A stretch of 64,000 nt of DNA from Glaucostegus cemiculus (taxonomy: Eukaryota): positions 14,446,001-14,510,000 of the forward strand of contig CDPCPM010000180.1 in NCBI GenBank assembly GCA_976551045.1, given 5' to 3'. Shown one piece after another: positions 37,400 to 49,192 of the stretch (its first letter is position 1; the number at the start of each line of letters is the position of its first letter). A program made the translations under genes and the position numbers. The notes below the pieces were generated by a model. It had not been told where the DNA came from. It searched no databases and worked only from the letters and a program-made list of their open reading frames with translations.

Positions 37400-37710
37400 G
37401 CATTGTGATGTCAGTTCTGCTTCTCTTTCCACAAAATCTGCCTCACCAGATGAGTGTTTTCAGCATCTTTCTGTTTTTACTTCAAATTTCCAGCTTTTTT
37501 GAATTTCGTCTGTTAATACCGTTTTTGCAAGATGTATAGAATGACTCAGACCCCATGAGCTGAGTAGTACTCTGCAACATAATTAAACCAGCAGATCAGG
37601 CAGCATCTGGGGAAAGGCAAACACAAGTGACATTTCAGATCGAAGGTTGCTGAATGTTTTCTCCATTTTCTGTTTTTGATTTCAGATTTCCAGCATCTGC
37701 AGCTTTTTGA
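37400..37710. mobile_element. Penelope-derived terminal-repeat fragments in both orientations
   Basis: CAGATCAGGCAGCATCTGGGGAAAGG.. forward and CATTTTCTGTTTTTGATTTCAGATTTCCAGCATCTGCAG reverse; same motif as the 6030-7015 arms. Confidence 0.6.
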
Positions 37711-37914
37711 CCTTTATAAATAGAACTGCCATTTCAATTGCAATTTCCAGATTCTTGTTCTTTCATTGCTTTAAAGTTGCATAAATATTCAGTTTTGGGG
37801 TCTTTTCTTGGTTAATGAATTACTTTTGCAATATAGTCTATTATAAAATAGTTTATGTACTACAGGGACCCATTAACAATAACAAGATAAATGTCAAACT
37901 AATGTATTTTAGTA

Positions 37915-38155
37915 ATTTTGCTTGAAGATGTGTGAGCTGAGGAACCCATTTAGCCCCTCAAGCCTGTTCCACCTCTCAATAAGATAATGTTGATCTATAA
38001 CCTAACTGCCTTTTCTCCATTTCCTTAAATACCCTTTGTTAAGAAAATTCTATCAATTTCACATTTTTAATTAACAATTGGCCTAGTATTAATCGCTGTT
38101 TTTGGAAGAGGTTTGCAAATTACTGCCACCCTCTTTGAGTAGAAGGATTCTAAAC
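37915..38155 (-). mobile_element. Old CR1 3' fragment
   Basis: CCATTTAGCCCCTCAAGCCTGTTCCACCTCTCAATAAGATAATG terminus. Confidence 0.6.
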
Positions 38156-39429
38156 GTAGATTAAGACTGCCCACATAATGATGACATCTCTCTCAAGATA
38201 TTCCCAGCAGGTGGAGTAATAACTTCCTACAAACTTTGCAATAGCTTCTCTCCACAGCCAGGGCTGTCAAATATAAATTGGTGATCAGCTACTAGTGTGG
38301 TTACAGAGCACATAGTTAAATGTTAGTAGAGAACAACACCCTGTGTGCTTGTGCATGAGACTTCTGATGCATACATATTAGCAAATATGTATGCAAATAT
38401 CTGTCACTGTTCAGTAATTAAGGAAGAAAAGCGCTCGCATGCTTTTAGTCCTATCATTTTACCATTAATATACCCCAAATACTGCTGCAGACATTGTACA
38501 AATGAGAATGCTGAATCTGCCTACACAATGAAGATGCTATTACTTATTTACCAATCAGAAAATCATTTAGCTATGAATGAGTTCCCAGTTAGCCACTTGT
38601 GATTCATGTTCAGCATTTGGAAAACTCATCTGGAGCTTGCAGTATGGCAGCTTCCTTCCCTGTTTTGCTTTCCCAATATAAACTGCTGGACTAAGTTATG
38701 TCTAGAATGCCCAGTTAATAAGGAGGAGCAAAATCCTCATATCAAAGTTACCTGTTGTGAATTAAATGGTGGTGTCAACATTTTTTTGATATAATTTTGT
38801 CAGTTTTTTTAGTCTAACTGCAGCAGATATCATCTTTCTGTTTTAATTAAAGCTTTAAAATAATGAAAAAAATAAACATTCCTCAATTCTTTTCTCATTG
38901 GCAATAAATAATTTTACACATTGTAGTTAAAAAGCTTCATCTGATGTTGCTTGATCTATTTAAAAAAAATTAAAATAATTTCTTATTGTCAAATGAGAAT
39001 GAATTATTTTCATTCTGAACAAGCTGCACATTCAGTGTATTCAAGGAAGTCCCACAAGATTAATCAAAAACATGACTAGCAGTTGCAGATAAATTATCGA
39101 CTTAATCAAGGACTTGTGGATTTTTACACCCATGTTAGCCAGACATGTGAGCTTGAACTATCAGGTTGGTTGTATTTGTGTGAATAGTTTCAATTGCTTA
39201 GGTTAGGAAAAATAATAAACAGCAGCAACATAAAAAGAGAAAGTTCAATAATATGACTTAATGAAGGCTATTGTTTACTAACAATGGAAAATTTAAAACA
39301 AGGAAGTAGACTTACCTGCAAAGTTTACCACTAGACTCATTGTTGATTTATCTCATATGGGCACACTGTTTCAAAACACTGAATTCCAAGTGCATTTTAG
39401 TGCATATCTACACCATGAAAATCTAAAAA

Positions 39430-39590
39430 TTGCAAATGCTGGAAATCTGAAATAAAAAGTGAAAATGCTGGAAATGCTAGCAGGTCAGGGAACACCTGTG
39501 AAAAGCTCTTTGTCCTAAAACATTCATTGTTTCTCTTTCCATAGATGCCTTTTGATCTGCTGATTTTATTTTTCCTGAATTTACTATTTT
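39430..39590. mobile_element. Penelope-derived fold-back fragment
   Basis: GCAAATGCTGGAAATCTGAAATAAAA..GCAGGTCAGG, followed by the inverted copy TTTCTCTTTCCATAGATGCC..GATCTGCTG. Confidence 0.6.
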
Positions 39591-40153
39591 TGCACCATGC
39601 TTTTAATTGCAGGCTGCATTGATGAAAGGACCAGAGGAGAAATAAAAACTCTCAGCATTGATCTATTAGAAATGTTATTGAATGCCTGTAGATTTGTGGT
39701 AATATAAATTTATTTACAAAGACCTTGAAGTTTGTTTAATTCACAAATGAAGATATTAGCCCTAACATAACAGTCCTCCACCTGTGAGATATTTGTAACT
39801 TGAGCGAGTTTCTCAACATCAACAGAGGCTATGCAGTTTTATCATGGAGAGATTTGTTGCAGTGTAATGTTGATCACATTGTTATTTTTTGATGATTTTT
39901 AAAATCTTTCAATCATTCACTAATTATTAAAATTGTCTGCCTTTTAACAATCTACTGCTTAAATCACAGTTCCTGATGTGATAGTAGGACTGAAAGACAA
40001 ACTACAAATTTCTAATCCCTTGTGACTGTTAACAGCTGGTCTCCCCTCTCCAATCCTTTTATCATTTTAATTCATTCTAACACATGATTCTATAATCTGT
40101 ATTCCAGCAAAATAACTATAATCACAATTTATTTGTGAGGACAAGTAGCAAGT

Positions 40154-40329
40154 NNNNNNNNNNNNNNNNNNNNNNNNNNNNNNNNNNNNNNNNNNNNNNN
40201 NNNNNNNNNNNNNNNNNNNNNNNNNNNNNNNNNNNNNNNNNNNNNNNNNNNNNNNNNNNNNNNNNNNNNNNNNNNNNNNNNNNNNNNNNNNNNNNNNNNN
40301 NNNNNNNNNNNNNNNNNNNNNNNNNNNNN
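40154..40329. other. Assembly gap (176 N)
   Basis: Run of N. Confidence 1.
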
Positions 40330-41489
40330 CTGTTCTCTTTCTGTAGATCATGCCTGACCTGAGTTTTTCCAGAATTTCCTGTTTAATTGTAGATTTCTAG
40401 CACCTGCAGTTTCTTTTCATATTCAGGTTACCCAGTCACTCCAATGTGAGTGATGATCAGATGTGTTCAGCTAACAACTACATAATCATTACTGTGTAAG
40501 AACGCCTTGACTGTACTGTTGCCAGTAAGAATATGATCAAACAAACTGATATTCAAAATGATCCTTGAACACTCAGCTCTGACAGCCACACATTTAATCT
40601 TACTGATAAATAATTTTGACAAGATGTAACCTTCTACTGCTTTTGTTGTTGTATCAAATTTATGGTTAGCTTTTATTGAGGTGGTGAAATTAATGATTGT
40701 GTGGTTGAACTGTGCAGATATTTTTCAAAGTCTGGAGAAGTTAGGATTGCTTCTTAAAATTCTCGCATACCTTTCTTTGGCAATGCATTCATGCACAAAC
40801 CAAGTAACTAATCATCTGATAATATATTTCAGAATATAATTTCTATCTATATTGTTGACGTGAAGATTCACTTATATAAATTTAGGATAGAAATTGGTTC
40901 CTATTTACAAGATTTTTCAATTAACTATATTTTTGTCACAGTTTCAATACCTGTGAGAGTCTGAGAAGCAGATGTGGAAAGGCATTTTCTCAACTGTGCA
41001 ATGCATTTTTGAAGTGAACCCTAAACATGCACCTAAAGTATGATATCTTTTCAGACAAAATGTTTCCCCACTTTCTAAGTTGATTGAGCTCAGCTGTAAA
41101 TTCTAGAAATACTTCACTTGTCTTCAAGATAACTGCTTCTTGGGGCACCATGTAATCAAGGGAAGAGAGGGAAATTGAAGAATTAGCATCTGGATTGAAT
41201 GTCTCCCTGTATTTTATATGACTTTCTGCCATTATGCCAGATTTTTCAATGAGGATGTAAGTTTTATTCAATTATTGAGAGGAAAAGTACCTCGCCGGAG
41301 CATATAAAATCTATTCTGAATTCATGTGATGGGGGAATTCCTCAGCTGTGCAGATTAAAGCAGTTTTGCTTTATGCAAGTTTCAACTGTTAACAGCCTAC
41401 CATTCACCTGCAAAACAAATACTATGAAAAAAATTGTAGCTCCCTTGATCCCTGAGGCCTGTCTGGTTCAATGTGCGCTAGGATCCTTA

Positions 41490-42425
41490 AGTATTGGTAT
41501 TGGTTTATTATTGTCACTCGTACCGAGGTACAGTAAAAAGCTTGTCTTACAAACTAATTGTACAGGTCAATTCATTACACAGTGCAGTTACATAGTTAGT
41601 ACAAAGTGCATTTGATATAGTACAGTAAAAACAGTAACAGTACAAATTAAAGTGTCACAGCTACAGAGAAAGCACAGTGCAATAAGGTGCAAGGTCACAC
41701 AAGGTAGAACGTGAGGTCATAGTCCATCTCATTGTATAAGGGAACCGTTCAGTTGTCTTATCACAGTGGCGAAGAAGGTGTCCTTAAGTCTGGTCGTACG
41801 TGCCCTCAGGCACCTGTATTTTCTACCTGATGGAAAAGGAGAGAAGAGAGATTGTCCCGAATGAGTGAGGTCTTTGATTATGCTGGCCACTACACCAAGA
41901 CAACGAGAGGTAAAGACAGAGTACAAGGAGGGGAGGCTGGTGTCCGTGATGCGCTGGGCTGTGTCCACAACTCTCTGCAGCTTCTTGCGGTCCTGGGCAG
42001 AGCAGTTGCCATACCAAGCCATGATACAACCAGATAGGATGCTTTCTATGGTGCATCGGTAAAAGTTGGTGAGAGTTGAAGGGGACATACCAAATCTCTT
42101 CAGCCTCCTGAGGAAGTAGAGGCACTGGTGAGCTTTCTTAGCTGTGGCATCTATGTGGTTAGACCAGGACAGGCTGTTGGTGATGTTCACACCCAGGAAC
42201 TTGAAGTTCTCAACCCTCTGGACCTCAGCACCATTGATGTAGACAGGTGCATGTACATCGCCCCCTTTCCTGAAGTCAATGACCAACTCTTTCATTTTGC
42301 TGACATTGAGGGAAAGGTTGTCATGACACCATTCCACTAAGCTCTCTATCTCCTTCCTGTACTCTGACTCGTTGCTGTTGGCTATACGGCCCACAACAGT
42401 GGTATCATCTGCAAACTTGTAGATG
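41490..42425 (-). mobile_element. 5'-truncated young Rex1/Babar-type LINE
   Basis: Uninterrupted ORF 41729-42433 (IYKFADDTT..FKFLGVNI..FYRCTIESIL..PSGRKYR) and 3' tail (ATTGGT)n TTTATTATTGTCAC. Confidence 0.93.
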
Positions 42426-42789
42426 CTAAACACACCCTCTCCTAAACCAGGTAGTCTGTTTTGAAATGTTAATTAGATTAACATTTGAGGTGCAGGAACT
42501 AATTGTAATTTCTACATACAAATAAACCTGTAATGGTTTCTGCATGATAGGCAAGGGTTGCCAATCTTAGATTTCCCAGGACTGTCCAGGGGCAAATGTT
42601 TTGGTAGTTGCTGCTACCAGACACAAAACTTCACCCTTAAGAATTCTTGATGTGCCATCAGCCTCCTGCTCTGTGACATTATCAGCTTCTGCTGCAGTTG
42701 ACCCTTTGCCTCGATGATGTTACAGATAGCTGGCCAAGCTCAGGGGTGAGCATCAAAGGTACCAGGTAGGAAAAGAAAAAGATAAGAAA

Positions 42790-44060
42790 GGAAGAGATCT
42801 ATACTGAATTAAGTGGTAATCTAGAGCTGGGGTTTGCAGCACAGAGGGGTAGAAAGCAATTGTGAACTGCTGCCAGAAATAAGATTGGACTGACATCAGA
42901 AGATGGTGAAGTCGGAAGCTGGGGAAAGAAGGATGGGGGAATGGGCGAGAAAGAAATGAAGTCTCAGAGAATTAGAAGCTTCAAAGGTAATGGAAGGATG
43001 AGATCTTGGGGAGAGGGAGAGCCATCATAGGAGCTCTGAGGAGAAAAAGAATAAGTTCAAGGATGAAAATTTTTAAGTAAAGAATAAAAGAAAGAGGCTA
43101 GAAATTAGATTCAGTCAGTGACAGCTCTCAGTCGATGGAGATTGGGATTGGATAACAGTAAAGAAGACATTGAAAGATGAAAACTGAGTGAATGGAGCCT
43201 AGATGGAAATAAAGGACATTGGAAATAAATATCAGGGTTGAGGAATTAGAGACTGGGAATAGGAATTGTGCAGTTGAGGCTGGAAGAGGTAAACTGAATG
43301 CTAGCCTAGGGATGAGAATTCAGAAGGAAAGGGAAACTGAGAATAAATGTCTGACAGCAGGGCTTTTGAGCAAAAAGGATGAGGAAGGTCAAATGGTTGG
43401 GCACCTGGGAGAGAGGGGATTCAGTGTATAGTTTGTTTGGGGGAAAATGGGAAGAGGATGAAATCTGTGACTGGGGTTCATGGGGTAGGAATACAAAACT
43501 GAGGTGGATAGAAAGTCAAGGATTGGGTTTTGGGGGATGAAGAGTGAGAGACTGGGAATACAGTCAACAAGTGGGGTGAAAGTGGATGGGAACTAGGGTT
43601 AGGATGAGTGCAATGGGGGAGCAGAAGGTGAACAAGGTTTAAGATTTGGGGATTAAGGCAGACAGAAAGGATAATGGGGGGTTAGAAATAGCTTTAAGAA
43701 GGTTTTTGGGAAATAGGTGGCAAGGATTGGGAACTGAGGGGAAGAAGGTGGTAATGAAATGAGATGCAGTGAGTGCATTGTGTGGCATTTCCTGAAAGGG
43801 GGAAATGCAACATGATGCCTTGAGAAGGAGGGAAACAGCAACCTGGTGAGTAGGAGTGACATTAAGAGAACCAGAGTCTGTCAAGGGATGAGTGAACCTC
43901 GGGACATTTCCTTGGGGAAATGGTGAAACTTGTTTTTTCCAGTGGAGTGAGTGGAGGACCAGGAATAAACAAGAGGAAACAGAGAAGCAAGGTTCTTGCA
44001 TTTTTGCACTGATGAATGTTTGACCAGGGGACACTTCACCTCAAGTAACTTGAAGAGAAG
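42790..44060 (-). mobile_element. Old L2-like LINE remnant
   Basis: Long G/A-rich tract with scattered L2-like motifs (CCAGTGGAGTGAGTGGAGGACCAGG, TGTCAAGGGATG); no intact ORF. Confidence 0.35.
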
Positions 44061-44374
44061 TCTAGAGCAGCATTTGGAAAAGAATGGGCATTATGAACAT
44101 TGTGAGAGAAAACAAGTAAAATAAAGAGTGCCAAGCTGTGGGGCCTCATATGCTGCAATTTTAATCATTCTGTGACACTCGTCTATATTGGCTGTGTGCT
44201 CTCGAAGTTGTTTAGAAATGAGTTTCAGACAATGTGCCCTGTGAATAGTGACCAAACACCAAGCCCACTGCCCTTTGTGTAATCTCTTAGATTGGTTCAG
44301 CTCATTTTGTAGACATTGACTCTAATGTATGAAAATCAAAGTTTGGTTTCTTGTTCAGAATAACAACCAAGTAG

Positions 44375-44870
44375 CATAGGAAAGATGCAATTAAGCGCGA
44401 GAGGATGCAAAAAAGATTCACAGGAATGTTGCCTGGATTGGAGGGATTGAGTAATAAGGAGCAATTGGATAGGCTGGAACTATTTTCCCTGGAGCACAGG
44501 AGGCTGAGGAGTGACCTTGTAGAGATTTATAAAATTTGAGGGGCATAGATAGGGTAGATTGTCGCAACCTATTTCCCAGGGGAGTCTAAAACTAGAGGGC
44601 ATAGGTTTAAGGTGAGAGGAGAATGATTTAAAGAGTATCTGAGGGGCAGTTTTTCACACAGACAGTGGTGGCTTTGGGGAATGAGCTGCCAGAGGAGGTG
44701 GTAGAGGCAGGTACAATTACATTGAATAAAAGACAGTTGGGCAGGTACATGCATAGGAAAGGTTTAGAGGGATGTGGGCGAAATGCAGGCAAATGGGATT
44801 AGTATAGATAGGAACCTTGGTTGGCATGGATGAGTTGGACCAAAGGGCCGGGTTCCATACTGTATAACTG
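44375..44870 (+). mobile_element. CR1 3' fragment
   Basis: CTATTTTCCCTGGAGCACAGGAGGCTGAGG, ACTAGAGGGCATAGGTTTAAGGTGAGAGG and GGACCAAAGGGCC..CTGTATAAC. Confidence 0.88.
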
Positions 44871-45247
44871 AATTTATGAAAAATAACCTGAACATAAAAT
44901 CTGAACCCAAGGAATAGGGAGAATGATGGGTTTACTGAAAGCAACAACTGAGGAACCAGCCTGCAAGTGTAGGTGTTCTAAATTCAATGAGTTCCTTCTA
45001 TCTAGAGATAGAATCAAAATTGCTCCCATCACTAGTTAATCTGCTAATTTTGCCCCTGCCTTTGGTTCTTCTTTTCCTGGAACTCAGTTCCCTCTCTTAT
45101 TCACCAGTGTCCTGGTTCTCCCATATCAGCTGCTGATATGAGCAACAGCACTCAGCTATAGAGGAGGCAAATTTTATATGATAAATGCAAATGTCATGTG
45201 AATATGTGAATTTTCTTCTTCAGGTAAATATATTATTTTTCGTCTCA

Positions 45248-45740
45248 GAGTCATAGAGTTGTACAGCGGAGAAACAGGACCTTCAGCCTAGTACGTACAT
45301 GCCAACCTTTTCACCCAACTACACTAAACCCTTTTGTCCCTATTAGGACCATGTCCTTCTATGCTTCACCTATTTAAGTATTTGTCAAAATGCCTCCTAA
45401 GTGTACATAGAAAACATAAAACATTACAACATAGTACAGGCCCTTCGGTCACAATGTTGTGCTGACATTTTATCTTGCTCTAAGATCTATCTAACCCTTC
45501 CCTCCCACATAGCCCTCCATTTCTCTGTCATTCATGTGTCTATCTAAAAGTCTCTCAAATGTTCCTGATGTATCTTCCCCCACAACCTCTGCCAGCAGTG
45601 CATTCCATGCACCTACCACTCTCTGTGTAAAAAGATTTACCCCTGATATCCCCCTTATATCTTCCTCCAATCACCTTAAAATTATGCCCCCTCGTGTTAA
45701 CTATTGTCGCCCTGGGAAAATGTCTCTGACTGTCCAGTCA
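45248..45740 (-). mobile_element. Two adjacent CR1 3' fragments (~45248-45400 and ~45405-45740)
   Basis: Two CR1 termini (GAGTCATAGAGTTGTACAGC; ACATAGAAAACATAAAACATTACAAC) and internal CR1 3' motifs. Confidence 0.8.
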
Positions 45741-45881
45741 GAGTCCAGTGTAGTAATTATATCTCTCCTTATAACTATCATTGCTCCAATCCAAGCAACT
45801 TTCCAGTGAATCTCCTGCGTATCCTCTCTAGTGCAACCACATCTTTCCAATAGTGTAGCGATTAGAACTGTTGGCCTAACT

Positions 45882-46348
45882 ATAATTGGTTTATTATTGT
45901 CACATGTACCGAGGAACAGTGAAAAACTTAACTTGCACACCATCCATACAGATCAATTCATTACGACAGTGCATTGAGGTAGTACAAGGTAAAACAATAA
46001 CAGAGTGCACAATAAAGTGTTACAGTTTAGAGAAAGTGCAGTACAGGTAGACAGTAAGATGCAAGGTCACAACGAGGTAGATTGTGGAGGTCAAGATTCC
46101 ATCTTAACATACAAGGGAACCATTAAATAGTCTTATAACAGCAGATAGAAGTTATCATTGAGCCTGGTGGTACATGCCTTCAGGCTTTTGTATCTTCTGT
46201 CCAATGAGAGGGGGAGAAGATAGAATGTCTGGGATGGGTGGGGTCTTTGATTATGCTGGCTGCTTTACTGAGACAGCAAGAAGTATAGACGCAGTCCATG
46301 GAGGGGAGGCTGGTTTCCGTGATGTGCTGAGCTGTGTCCACAACTCTA
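45882..46348 (-). mobile_element. Rex1-type LINE 3' fragment
   Basis: RVVDTAQHITETSLPS..KAASIIKDPTHP; tail ATTGGTTTATTATTGTCACATGTACC. Same family as 41490-42425. Confidence 0.9.
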
Positions 46349-46377
46349 ACTAGTGTTTTGTAAAGTTGCAACATAAA

Positions 46378-46770
46378 GTTCTTCTTAGGCAATCCTTAGG
46401 ATTGAGTATGATTTGCTTCCACATTAGTTCTTTGGGTTCCGAGATGGTTGTTGAGGTAAACGTGGGAGTTATAGGCTCAGCCACCAGCACGGTGGAAGTG
46501 CTTAATTGGGTGGATTGGTCATATGGGAGATGGTGCACACCTTCTGCTGTTTTCACTTAGCTTCATCATGCTTCCAGTGAAGACATTTAAGGTTCTAATG
46601 CCATCCTTTTAATGCTCTTCTTCCATCTTGAGCAGATAAAAGCCAGGGATTCCCACTGGTTGCTGGGGATGTTGCACTATTCACAGAGCTTCTGAGAACA
46701 TTCTGAATCACTTTCTCTGTACTCCTGATAGTGCTTCTCCAGATGACCATATGCTGATGTTGGCATTTCC
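46378..46770 (-). mobile_element. RTE-like LINE 3' fragment
   Basis: GTTCTTCTTAGGCAATCCTTAGGATTGAGTATGATTTGCTTCCAC terminus; homologous to the copy at 52320-52610. Confidence 0.55.
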
Positions 46771-49042
46771 TGCTAGGTTAGAATTAGTAGGCAGTGAGAA
46801 GTCTAACTCTTAAGGGATAGTTGCATGCTTCTCAGAAGAAAATGAAGTCTTTGGCTTTTAAAAAAAATCTTTTATCAAAGCATCAGCAGTCATCAGTTAG
46901 AGCCCAGAGCAGGAGGCAGGGGATATAGGTTGTAAGGGGGGAGTGGGCAGCAGCCTGCAGCATTGTTTACTATACAAAATAATCTTGAGCTTACGTCAAC
47001 ATATAGTTTCTCCAAGGCACATTCATACAAGCATAAACTTTACTTTTCCTTTAGCATCATCCATTGGTCTTATTAACAGCTGTAGGTGAGGCCTCTGTCA
47101 AACTGCACAAAACACTCAAGGCTTGTGCAGATCAAGCCTTAGTCATTGACTATGTTACGAGAGGGCTTATATATCAGGTGCTTTATAACATATTCACTGA
47201 GCCTTAAGTTTACAAAAGGCTGATGGCTTACATTTGACTAATCTAAGCTTGGTGTTGACTCCATTGTTTTCAATGCAATTTGTAGATACTGTCTCCATTA
47301 ACTGAACCCTTCTGTGTCTATTTTCCACCCAGAAAATAGCTGCAAAGAAGTCCACCTTCCTGCCCTCCCTTCTCTCTGTAATATTTCAGACAGATCAGGC
47401 ATTTCTACAAACATGGCTGTTCATTAAGCTTCTAATTTAAATATTAGCCACTTAGTTTACTTTGAAGTACTGTATATATGCCGAATGAAAGGTAGGATCA
47501 ATTATTAACACAACAGAATTACGGAGGAATTTTAAAGAAGTTCTCTCATCTTTAAAAAATTTAATATATCAGAAAATATTTCTGTGTCTGTGTCACTCAT
47601 TTACTTCTGTTAATGTGAATATTTTTACATTAGTAATAAGTTTTAAGACCATCACAAAAACTGACTGGGGGAGTTGGTGCATATAACAATGGAAGCAATA
47701 GGAACTATTGGTGCTGCTGAAATAAGACAGTTCAGCTACCTTGGTTAATGTGATTTAAATCTCAAATCCATTTCTTTGCTTTTACAACCTACTGCCTAAT
47801 GGGTGCTATTGTACATTGCAAAGGGATCCTCATTTGGACTTCCTGGGGTTTCATGCTGCATTGAATTCCACATTTATTTCAGTTTTAAGAACACTTTCTT
47901 TTTCAACCCAAATTGTAAGTTAGAAACTGGAGCCCAAATGTCTGCAAGGCCTAGTCTGGTTTCATTAATCAGTAAGTTGGTCAAGATAAATGCTGATCAA
48001 AAGATGTGTGTTTAAAGCTGTAATTGATATATGAAATCCAGTTGGGAGGCAAATACATTCTCCTTAGTATGGAATCCAGATATTACCTACTACATGGGAG
48101 GCACTTCTGTATATGCCTGGATTTTTTTCAATAGAATAGTGCAGTCTAAAGTGGAAAGAACCTAGATGACTCAATCAGTAGAATTAGGAATCACTTTGCT
48201 CATTTGACAGATTGTAATAGAAAGTCTAGAAAACAATGTTTCAGTCAAAAGTCTACCAAGTTATTGAACTATGTTAGGAAAACATAAACTAATTTTAAAG
48301 AATTTACTTTTAACCTCATGTACTCAAAATCTTTATTATTTTCTATTTTTAAGGGGATAATTTGCACTGTTCCTACCTTCCAGCTCACCAGCCTTAACAT
48401 TAGGGATTTTTCTCAGCTACTGCAGCTTATCTGCGCCATTATTGAGCATAGCCCTACCATCCCTCCCCTTTCAGCATTACTAAGGAATCATTCTGTTTGC
48501 AACACTGGTCCACTCTTCAATTATTCTATCATATACCTCATCCCATGGCATATAGCTTTTTAGCTCCTCCCTTCCCACTGTACAATGCCCCAAACATTCT
48601 TGAGCAAAGATCACAGAATAGATTAACTGGTCATTTGACTTACTGCTGTGGGTAGCAAAAGAATTGTGACTACAATTCAAAAGTTACCATTGCTGCCACA
48701 TACCATGGGATGTCCTGGCAATGTGATAGTCCCTATGTAGTGTGAGTTCTTTAATCCAGTGCATGCAGACTCAATCCCTTACTGCAAGATTTTCTCTAGC
48801 TTGGTGTCGGTTGGGGCCAACTTACCATTTTTGTTGAGAAGTCTTTCAAACATATCTGCTAAAGCTAGTGAAAGTGGCCCATTGACATTGCAAGGAATGT
48901 TTTGATGGTATGTAGATGCTTACTATGAAATGTTTTATTTTCAATCACTGACCGCTTTGGATGGTCAGGAAATTCAACCTAACTTTAACTAAATGCAAGT
49001 GCTTCCATTGAATTACTACGTGCAACTTTCTGTGCTTCACAG

Positions 49043-49192
49043 GAGTACAAGCGCAAACTGGCCAAGGTGACTCAAGTGCGAAAGGAGCTCAAGTCCCATA
49101 TCCAGAGCCTACCAGATCTGTCTCAGCTTCCCAATGTGACAGGTGGCTTGGCCCCATTGCCCTCTGCAGGGGATCTTTTTTCAACTGATTGA
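49043..49192 (+). CDS. RPRD1A: RPRD1-family terminal coding exon (probable exon 7), including stop
   Basis: Acceptor ctttctgtgcttcacAG, phase 0. Encodes EYKRKLAKVTQVRKELKSHIQSLPDLSQLPNVTGGLAPLPSAGDLFSTD, with TGA at 49190-49192. Absent from the ORF track. Confidence 0.95.
   Translation, partial: EYKRKLAKVTQVRKELKSHIQSLPDLSQLPNVTGGLAPLPSAGDLFSTD

Noticed and set aside
40067-40362. ORFs containing X runs
   Set aside because: Artefacts of the N gap.
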